A stretch of DNA of 32,000 nt from Candidatus Saccharimonadota bacterium (GTDB taxonomy: Bacteria > Patescibacteriota > Saccharimonadia > Saccharimonadales > Saccharimonadaceae), in the NCBI GenBank assembly GCA_016700015.1, contig CP064995.1, positions 900,001-932,000 of the forward strand, read 5' to 3'. The translations under genes were made by a program, and so were the position numbers. Below are positions 17,583 to 24,991 of the stretch, one piece after another; within the stretch, counting starts at the first letter, position 1, and the number at the start of each line of letters is the position of its first letter. A model generated the notes under the pieces. It ran no database searches. It was not told where the DNA came from and was given only the letters and a program-made list of their open reading frames with translations.

Positions 17583-18506
17583 ATGAGTTTATATGCAGTA
17601 TCGGGAAATTCAGCCAAACGGGTTAAACCGCTTATCGATCGCAATGGCAAAAAGATCGTAGAGCGTGATATTCAGAATATATTTGAGGCCAGTCTCGATG
17701 AGATTTTGAACGTTACGTTTCTTGCAAGTGAATACTCAACGAGTTTCGGCGGTCGGATGGACACAATTGGAATCGACAACGAAGGTAATCCGTGCATTAT
17801 TGAGTACAAAAAGGGTCACAATGAGAGTGTTATTAACCAGGGCCTGTCATATTTACGCTGGTTACTTGATCATAAGGATAGCTTCGAAAAACTCTGTGGT
17901 TCAAAAGGCGTAACAAGAGCGATCCAGTGGGATTCTCCTCGGGTAATATGCGTAGCTGAAAGCTATAACAAGTTCGACACCGATACTGCCGACCTGCTGC
18001 CAATTAACATCGAGCTCTATCGCTATAAGCTGTATGAAAGCGGCTTGCTAACAGTGGATACGGAGAACTATCAAAAGGTCAAGATTCATAACGTTGCGAG
18101 GGTTATGAATGGTGACAAAAAGAAGCCTGAGAAGTTGCAGGAAATATATTCACTCGAAAGCCACTTGGCGCTCGCAAATGATGCAACGAAGGAACTATTT
18201 GAAGAGCTGCGTGAGCGTATACTTTCTATCGATAAGGACATCTCCGAAGAGCCAAAGAAGCTTTATGTTGCGTACAAAACGACACGCAACTTTGTCGATA
18301 TTGTTTTCAAGAAGACAAAGCTTAAGATAGCGCTTAATATAAAGTCGGGGACGATAGATGACCCGGAGGGTCTTGCTCGCGACCTTGAGTCGCCAGTGCA
18401 CGTTGGTCACTGGGGCAACGGCGATTACGAAATTGAAGTTAGCTCCATGAGTGAGCTTGACTATGCTATGAAACTCATCCAGCAGAGTTACGATATCAAT
18501 CAATAA
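17583..18506 (+). CDS. NucS/DUF91-like PD-(D/E)xK nuclease-fold protein with a DUF5655-like C-terminal domain
   Basis: AGGAGG lies 6 nt upstream. The motif is ERDIQNIF...GRMDTIGIDNEGNPCIIEYKKG...VINQGLSYLRWL. The C-terminus KKLYVAYKTTRNFVDIVFKKTKLKIALNI matches the pattern I associate with DUF5655. Confidence 0.7.
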   Translation: MSLYAVSGNSAKRVKPLIDRNGKKIVERDIQNIFEASLDEILNVTFLASEYSTSFGGRMDTIGIDNEGNPCIIEYKKGHNESVINQGLSYLRWLLDHKDSFEKLCGSKGVTRAIQWDSPRVICVAESYNKFDTDTADLLPINIELYRYKLYESGLLTVDTENYQKVKIHNVARVMNGDKKKPEKLQEIYSLESHLALANDATKELFEELRERILSIDKDISEEPKKLYVAYKTTRNFVDIVFKKTKLKIALNIKSGTIDDPEGLARDLESPVHVGHWGNGDYEIEVSSMSELDYAMKLIQQSYDINQ

Positions 18507-18819
18507 CTCGCTTAGGCGCCGCCGCTATTTGTTCGAGAATGTGCCTGAAGCTGTCAATGTTCTCGCCACCCACATGCCATTCGCGTATCCTGACAACATC
18601 TAACCCATCTTTCTCGCAGTATTTTCTGCCATCTTTGTAGTTATAAATTGTGGCAATACCAAACGGCGTTACAACCACCCATTCCGCATCAGTCTTGTGA
18701 TCGCTAGGGTTATGTATCGGCTTGCCGTATAGCGCAACCAATTGTTCGTATCCGGCCAGTAGGCTACCCTGATAGCTTGTGCCTTCTCGCTTCTTCAACA
18801 TATCTTTTATTGTGCTCAT
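18496..18819 (-). CDS. Hypothetical small protein (107 aa), mobile-element associated
   Basis: An SD-like AAAGGA lies upstream on the minus strand. The gene is preceded by repeat copy 2. I recognise no family. Confidence 0.5.
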   Translation of the reverse strand: MSTIKDMLKKREGTSYQGSLLAGYEQLVALYGKPIHNPSDHKTDAEWVVVTPFGIATIYNYKDGRKYCEKDGLDVVRIREWHVGGENIDSFRHILEQIAAAPKRVID

Positions 18820-18844
18820 TTCGTGTCCTTTCTCTTGTAACGTA

Positions 18845-18877
18845 ACAAGGTACCGCGAGGGGTGGGTAAAGTCTAGT
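18845..18877. repeat. 33-bp repeat, copy 2: ACAAGGTACCGCG-N7-GGTAAAGTCTAGT
   Basis: See copy 1. This copy overlaps the stop of the 203-aa HTH gene and precedes the 107-aa gene on the minus strand. Confidence 0.75.
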
Positions 18878-19484
18878 TACCTTGCGCCTCATCTCGATGT
18901 ACCCTTGTTCGATATTCTTGTTTTTGTTCGGCTATCTTTTCCTTAGCACCTGGAAACGCTCGATAAAATTCTTCTGTGTATACTCTGCCAAAAGCTTCAA
19001 TATCAATCGGCGCATCCGGATTATACATCCCAGCATCTATTTTCGCCGCCTCAAGCTCTTGGCGGATACGGAGCCTCTCAATCATCATGTCCAGTGCCTG
19101 GATGTCCGTACTGAAATACATTGAATCTACGCCGACAGGAAGATGTGTCATACGGCCTACGCCACGTCTGTCAAAGTATTCGCTCTCTACCCGGTTCGAT
19201 GCATACTTCTGACTGTTGTGTCGTAAATAAAATTCAATTGATCTTGGAACGCCATTGCGAGCATTCTCTATCAGTTTGGATTCCACATAGTCATTCATCG
19301 TATCTTGCCCGATTTCCTGCGCGTCGCGTACGGCATCACGAAAAGTCGTGTCGCTCTCCATCCACCGGTAAAGTGTGCTACGAGCAATGCCGATTGTTTT
19401 GCAGGCGCGCAGCATATTCGGATTTTCCTCAAGCAGCTTGAGGAGCTGTTTCTTAATTGCTTTCGATATCCTCATGGGCTGCAC
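18873..19484 (-). CDS. Phage-type HTH protein (phBC6A51 / small-terminase-like helix-turn-helix)
   Basis: NMLRACKTIGIARSTLYRWMESDTTFRDAVRDAQEIGQD...ESKLIENA...SIEFYLRH matches the phage HTH/terminase-small-subunit-like pattern. It overlaps the upstream methyltransferase gene end. Confidence 0.65.
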   Translation of the reverse strand: MQPMRISKAIKKQLLKLLEENPNMLRACKTIGIARSTLYRWMESDTTFRDAVRDAQEIGQDTMNDYVESKLIENARNGVPRSIEFYLRHNSQKYASNRVESEYFDRRGVGRMTHLPVGVDSMYFSTDIQALDMMIERLRIRQELEAAKIDAGMYNPDAPIDIEAFGRVYTEEFYRAFPGAKEKIAEQKQEYRTRVHRDEAQGN

Positions 19485-20847
19485 CTTGTGATATCAATTG
19501 TCGCTTCAAGCCGGTTTCGTTTTCCCAGCGCTTCATGATCACCTCTGCGTAGGTCGGCACCTTTTCCATGATGAAACACCTACGATTCAGTTTGGTCGAC
19601 GCAATGAGCGTACTACCGGAGCCACCGAACGGCTCAATCACAAGCGCATTGCGTTTCGTCAGTACCTTGATGTAGGGGATGAGTATGTCAATTGGCTTTG
19701 TGCCAAATATCACGCCCTGGCCTGAATGTTTTTCGTCGCTGGCGTTGAACTCAATGAAGTCAGTCGGCATATATCGTTGTCCCTTTTCATAACCCTCCCA
19801 CTGCGGCTTGCCTGATATGGCAAACAAGGCTGTTTCGTACAACTCTTGTAGTGGACCTTCCTCTTCATCGGTGTTGTATTTTACATCACCCGAACCACCA
19901 ACCATAGCGATATCGTGCTTACTAAAGAACTTGTACTTTGCACTAAATCCCTGATGTCGGTTTGGCAGGTGCCAGACAATCATATTCTTAACCTTCCAGT
20001 GCTTTTCCATCTCTTCCCATATGATGCGCAGATTCTTCCAGTTCTCGTAGCAGATGATGGAGAAGTCCACTTGTGAATGTCTGGCAACATTGTCCATCCA
20101 TAGCTCGGTGAAATTATCGGGTAGGCTTTCTGTTTCGAGGTATATCCTGTCTTGTTTTGACCCGAAGCCTTTGACTGGCTTGCCGCCGCGCTTTGCATGA
20201 AGATAATCAAGGATATAAGGAGGATCTGTCATGCACATGTCGGCCTTTTCGTCTCCCATGAGCTTTTGAAAATCCTCCACAACAGTTGAATCTCCGCACA
20301 TAAGCCGCGAATCACCCAGCTGATAAATATCACCCTTTTGAACAGATACTGTTTTTATATCAAGTTTTTTCAACTCTTTCTTTAGGTCAAAAGAGTTTTT
20401 CTCGTCCATATCTTCTATGTCAAAGATTTTGTCGATCTCTTCGGAATCAAATCCGATATCAGCAAGGAGGCTCTCGTCGAACTCTTTTAGCAGGTCATAA
20501 TCCCAGTTGCCGCCAGTACGATTGAGGCGCACACTTAAGTCACGCTCCTTCGCCTCATCGAGAGATATGTAGACAATTGGCACTTCGTTGAAGCCGAGGT
20601 TCTGCATGGCCTGTAGGCGCATATTGCCTCCAATGACAACGTTTTGTCTCTGACTGTAAGCATTGACGATGAGTGGATCCACAACGCCATACTTCTCAAT
20701 GCTTTCGCAGAGCTTCTGCATCTGCTCGTCGCTCCACTTACGAGGGTTATACTCGCTTGGCTTCAACTCGCTTATTTTGAGTTGCCGAATCTGCAACTTT
20801 CCACTAATAGTAGCCATGGGGGCACTATTCCTTTCTTTTGTGCCCAA
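19453..20847 (-). CDS. ParB-like nuclease domain fused to an N6/N4 DNA methyltransferase (beta-class, phage-type orphan MTase)
   Basis: The N-terminal ParBc-like region reads LKPSEYNPRKW...GVVDPLIVN...VIGGNMRLQA. The catalytic motif is DPPY (CMTDPPYILDY). The C-terminal AdoMet motif is EPFGGSGST. Confidence 0.9.
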   Translation of the reverse strand: MGTKERNSAPMATISGKLQIRQLKISELKPSEYNPRKWSDEQMQKLCESIEKYGVVDPLIVNAYSQRQNVVIGGNMRLQAMQNLGFNEVPIVYISLDEAKERDLSVRLNRTGGNWDYDLLKEFDESLLADIGFDSEEIDKIFDIEDMDEKNSFDLKKELKKLDIKTVSVQKGDIYQLGDSRLMCGDSTVVEDFQKLMGDEKADMCMTDPPYILDYLHAKRGGKPVKGFGSKQDRIYLETESLPDNFTELWMDNVARHSQVDFSIICYENWKNLRIIWEEMEKHWKVKNMIVWHLPNRHQGFSAKYKFFSKHDIAMVGGSGDVKYNTDEEEGPLQELYETALFAISGKPQWEGYEKGQRYMPTDFIEFNASDEKHSGQGVIFGTKPIDILIPYIKVLTKRNALVIEPFGGSGSTLIASTKLNRRCFIMEKVPTYAEVIMKRWENETGLKRQLISQGAAHEDIESN

Positions 20848-21121
20848 ACAAAAGGCACAACGTTAGATTGATAAAAGTAAATGAATAACGAAAAATCCAC
20901 ACTGTGGTTAGTTAGGATTTTCGCCTCCTTTTTATGCAATCTTGGTTGTGCCTAAGATTTTCAATAATTCATTTAAGGTTCACTTACGATAGGTAAGCAA
21001 TACCAGTATAGCAGGCAGTATTTGACAATGCAACATATTTATTTGGTAAAAAGTAGTATAAAGGGGACAATAACGGTAGATAGTGGTTGCTGCTGTGCGT
21101 GAGTTATCTCAAGAACTAAGG

Positions 21122-21127
21122 TATAAT
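21122..21127 (+). promoter_or_regulatory. Candidate -10 box (TATAAT) for the hsdR operon
   Basis: A perfect TATAAT lies 14 nt upstream of the hsdR ATG in an AT-rich 293-nt intergenic region. A TTGACA (21022-21027) lies further upstream. No clear SD precedes hsdR. Confidence 0.3.
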
Positions 21128-21140
21128 ATACGTAGTTACT

Positions 21141-23546
21141 ATGAACAAAAGCACGCTGACTGAAGCAGAGATACGCACACGCTACATTACACCCGCCATT
21201 CTGGCCGCCGGCTGGCCATTAGACGCTGTCCGAGAAGAGTTTGTTTACTTCACGAAAGGACGCATTGAGGTTCGCGGCAAATTATCCGTAAGGAAAGATG
21301 CAAAACGCGTTGACTATCTACTCATGCGCAACGATGGCACAAACACACCCCTGGCAGTTGTAGAGGCTAAAGACAATAAACACGGCGTTGGTGACGGCAT
21401 GCAGCAAGCAGTCGAATACGCTGAGTCACTTGACGTACCTTTTGTGTTTACATGTAATGGAGATTCCTTTTTGATGCGCGATCGGACGGGGCTGTTGACG
21501 TCTGCAGAAAAGGAGATTGCCCTAAATAACTTTCCATCACCGGCGCACCTAGATAGTCTGTATAAACAGTGGAGGGGAATAGAGAGGGCCGATGTCCAAG
21601 TCCTGAGCTCACCGTATTACGAAGATGGCAGTGGAAAACAGCCGCGCTATTATCAAAGGGTTGCCATTAATCGTACAATTGAGGCGATCGCAAAGGATCA
21701 AAAACGGATACTCCTCGTTATGGCCACAGGGACTGGCAAGACCTACACGGCAGCACAGATTATTTGGAGATACTGGAAGGCACCATCTCAAAGTAGCAAG
21801 CAGAAACGAATTCTATTTCTTGCCGACCGCAACATTCTCGTAGATCAGACTAAGACAAACGATTTTAAACACTTTGGATCGGCCATGACAAAAATTACTG
21901 GTCGTAACATCGAGAAGGAGTATGAGATTTACCTAAGTCTCTATCAGGCCATTTCTGGTAGTGACGAGGCGAGGAACGCATATAAGGAATTTTCCCCAGA
22001 TTTTTTTGATCTCATCGTTGTAGATGAATGTCACAGAGGCAGTTCGAAAGAGGACAGCAGCTGGCAAGAAATCTTACGCTATTTCAACAGTGCTACACAG
22101 GTGGGGCTTACTGCTACGCCAATTGAAACCAAAGAAGCCAGCAACACACATTACTTTGGCGAACCGATATACACGTATTCACTGAAGAACGGCATCGACG
22201 ACGGATTTCTCGCGCCATACAAGGTTATTCGTGTTGCAACCGACGTTGATACATTTGGGTATCGTCCTGAAGAAGGCGAAGTCGACGATGAAGGTAACGA
22301 AATTGAGGATAGGGAATATTCCACGAAGGACTTTGATCGCAGGATTATCCTGCCTCAACGCGACCAAGAGGTGGCTAGGTATTTAACTAAATTTCTAGAA
22401 AAAACAGATCCATATGCGAAAACTATCGTATTTGCCCGTACGATCAATCATGCGGAACGCCTACGCAGAGCACTCGTTAACATCAATGCTGAAAAAGTAC
22501 GTGAAAGCAGCAGATACATTATGCGCATTACGGGAGACGATGAGCTTGGTAAGGCACAGCTTGATAATTTTATTGATCCTGAGTCACGTTATCCTGTCAT
22601 TGCCATCACGAGCAAGCTCATGACGACGGGCGTCGACGCACAAACATGTAAGGTTATTGTTCTTGATAGCAATATCGAAAGCATGACAGAGTTCAAGCAA
22701 ATCATTGGGCGTGGTACTCGCGTCCGCGAAGATTATGGAAAAACCTACTTCACCATTTTAGACTTTCGTAATGTCACTAAGCTTTTTGCTGACCCGGACT
22801 TTGACGGTGACCCCGTAAAAGTATACGAACCTAAAAATGAGGAAGAGTTCAATGACACGATTGACGCTATAGATGAGTCAGTCGATGAAGCTACATCAGG
22901 CAGCGATGATGCCGCCATAGATAGCTTTGTAGATGGGGCTATTTACTACCCAGATCCCAAGGATGGTAGAAGTGACCGACCAGTTGTCCATACTATAAGC
23001 AGTCAGAAGGTTACTATTATCGGTGACAGTGTACGTATTATGGACACAGACGGGAAGCTTATAACAGAGAGCCTAACTGACTATACGCGTAAAAACATTC
23101 TCGGCGAATATGCAACTCTTGATGAGTTTTTACAGAAATGGTCATCGGCAAAGCAGAAATACTTTATTCTAGACGAGATGGCCGAAAAAGATATTCCAAT
23201 CTATGAGCTAGCAGACGCTTACGGCAAAGATGCTGACATGTTTGACGTTGTCACGAGTATTGCGTATGGACAAAAGCCGCTAGGGCGTAAGACTCGAGCC
23301 GAGAAGGTTCGTCACAGCAGGTTTATTAATCAGTACCAAGGTAAAGCTCGTGAAGTGCTGGAAGCACTTGTAGATAAGTACGAATCGACGAACTTAAAAG
23401 CAATTGAGGAGCGGGAAATCCTCAAGGTGCAGCCGCTTGACTCTTTCGGAACACCAATCGAGATTGCTAACTTGTTTGGAGGCATTGATGGTTATGAAGA
23501 GGCGGTCGGTAGACTCGCAGGTGAATTATATGAGGTAGCAATCTAA
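21141..23546 (+). CDS. hsdR: Type I restriction enzyme R subunit (EcoAI/EcoEI-like, type IB-style architecture)
   Basis: The N-terminal PD-(D/E)xK reads VDYLL...AVVEAKD. Helicase motif I is MATGTGKT and motif II is VDECHRGS. Later helicase motifs are TSKLMTTGVDA and QIIGRGTR. A C-terminal EcoEI_R_C-like tail is present. Confidence 0.93.
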   Translation: MNKSTLTEAEIRTRYITPAILAAGWPLDAVREEFVYFTKGRIEVRGKLSVRKDAKRVDYLLMRNDGTNTPLAVVEAKDNKHGVGDGMQQAVEYAESLDVPFVFTCNGDSFLMRDRTGLLTSAEKEIALNNFPSPAHLDSLYKQWRGIERADVQVLSSPYYEDGSGKQPRYYQRVAINRTIEAIAKDQKRILLVMATGTGKTYTAAQIIWRYWKAPSQSSKQKRILFLADRNILVDQTKTNDFKHFGSAMTKITGRNIEKEYEIYLSLYQAISGSDEARNAYKEFSPDFFDLIVVDECHRGSSKEDSSWQEILRYFNSATQVGLTATPIETKEASNTHYFGEPIYTYSLKNGIDDGFLAPYKVIRVATDVDTFGYRPEEGEVDDEGNEIEDREYSTKDFDRRIILPQRDQEVARYLTKFLEKTDPYAKTIVFARTINHAERLRRALVNINAEKVRESSRYIMRITGDDELGKAQLDNFIDPESRYPVIAITSKLMTTGVDAQTCKVIVLDSNIESMTEFKQIIGRGTRVREDYGKTYFTILDFRNVTKLFADPDFDGDPVKVYEPKNEEEFNDTIDAIDESVDEATSGSDDAAIDSFVDGAIYYPDPKDGRSDRPVVHTISSQKVTIIGDSVRIMDTDGKLITESLTDYTRKNILGEYATLDEFLQKWSSAKQKYFILDEMAEKDIPIYELADAYGKDADMFDVVTSIAYGQKPLGRKTRAEKVRHSRFINQYQGKAREVLEALVDKYESTNLKAIEEREILKVQPLDSFGTPIEIANLFGGIDGYEEAVGRLAGELYEVAI

Positions 23547-24991
23547 TGTTAGGCGCAGGATTCATTAAAAGTATTCAAAACGAAATGCGTAAAGATAATG
23601 GTGTCGACGGTGATGCCCAGCGCTTGAGTCAGCTTGTGTGGCTTATTTTCTTAAAGATTATGGATGATAATGAGCAGCAAAAAGAGCTACTCGACAAAAA
23701 ATATGTAGCCGCAGTTCCAGAGAGATATCGGTGGAAAAATTGGGCTGCTTCTCCCGATGGTCTTACTGGCGATCGTTTGCTTGAATTCATCAACAGAGAG
23801 CTGTTTTCAGATCTGAAAAATATTGAGATTAAACAGGACAATCGCCGAACCGCTGTTGTGCGTGAAGTATTCGCTGAGTCTACAAACTTTATGAAAGACG
23901 GTACGCAGCTTCGCAAGGTCATTAATATTATCAATGGCATAAACTTCAACTCTTCCGATGATCGACACTCATTTGGGGATATCTACGAGACGCTGCTTGC
24001 AAGCCTTCAGTCCGCAGGTAACGCAGGAGAATTCTACACCCCAAGGGCGGTTACAAAATTTATTATTGATCGTATCAACCCAAAGCTTGGCGAAAAGGTG
24101 CTCGACCCAGCTGCTGGTACTGGGGGGTTCCTGACGGGTGCAATTGACCATATTCGCAAAGAGGTTGAAACTCCAGAAGATGATGAGCTTTTACAGAAAT
24201 CTATCTACGGGGTGGAGTGGAAACAGCTACCGTACTCGCTCCTGATTACTAATATGATCTTTCACGGTATTGAAGAACCTGACAACATTCGTCATGACGA
24301 CACTTTGTCTAGACCATACATTTCATATGGTCCAGAAGATTATGTTGATTGTATTGCGGCTAACCCTCCATTTGGTGGCGTAGTAAAAGACGGTACTGAG
24401 CATAACTTTCCTTCAAGTTTTCGCACCAAGGAAACTGCAGACCTATTCCTGATTTTGTTCATTCGCTTGCTGAAGCAAGGTGGTCGTGCAGGTATTGTTT
24501 TGCCAGATGGTTTTTTATTTGGTGAAGGTGCTAAAACTCGTATTAAGCAGCATCTACTCGAGGAGTGCAACCTCCACACAATTATTCGTTTGCCCGGTAG
24601 TGTGTTTGCTCCATATACATCTATAGCAACTAACTTATTATTCTTTACAAAGGGCGAGCCAACGAAAGAGATTTGGTATTATGAGCATCGGCTACCTGAA
24701 GGAGTAAAGGCGTACAACAAAACCAAGCCTATTCGTCTCGAAGAATTTGACCCTATCAAGGAATGGTGGGACAACCGCACTGACAGCGACGTCGCCTGGA
24801 AGGTTAGTGTCGATGAGATTAAAAAGCGTGATTACAATCTCGATATTAAGAATCCAAATGTTGTCGAAGTCGATGAGCTGAACCCAGAAGAGGTGCTCGA
24901 GAGCTATCGGGCGAAGCAAGCAGAAGTTAAAAATATCCTGGAACAGATTAAGGTAGAGTTAACTGAGGCGCTGTCGCATCATGACAAGTAG
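23546..24991 (+). CDS. hsdM: Type I restriction-modification N6-adenine DNA methyltransferase M subunit
   Basis: Motif I is VLDPAAGTGGFL and motif IV is IAANPPFGG. The start overlaps the hsdR stop (TAATG). Confidence 0.93.
   Translation: MLGAGFIKSIQNEMRKDNGVDGDAQRLSQLVWLIFLKIMDDNEQQKELLDKKYVAAVPERYRWKNWAASPDGLTGDRLLEFINRELFSDLKNIEIKQDNRRTAVVREVFAESTNFMKDGTQLRKVINIINGINFNSSDDRHSFGDIYETLLASLQSAGNAGEFYTPRAVTKFIIDRINPKLGEKVLDPAAGTGGFLTGAIDHIRKEVETPEDDELLQKSIYGVEWKQLPYSLLITNMIFHGIEEPDNIRHDDTLSRPYISYGPEDYVDCIAANPPFGGVVKDGTEHNFPSSFRTKETADLFLILFIRLLKQGGRAGIVLPDGFLFGEGAKTRIKQHLLEECNLHTIIRLPGSVFAPYTSIATNLLFFTKGEPTKEIWYYEHRLPEGVKAYNKTKPIRLEEFDPIKEWWDNRTDSDVAWKVSVDEIKKRDYNLDIKNPNVVEVDELNPEEVLESYRAKQAEVKNILEQIKVELTEALSHHDK

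Noticed and set aside
20848-21140. Possible small gene or RNA in the 293-nt AT-rich spacer between the methyltransferase and hsdR (hairpins TTGTGCC/GGCACAA and CGAAAAATCC/GGATTTTCG; AAGGAGG on the minus strand)
   Set aside because: The minus-strand SD-like AAGGAGG is not followed by a start codon at a usable distance. The hairpins are short and fit divergent promoter/UTR regions. I report only a low-confidence -10 box.
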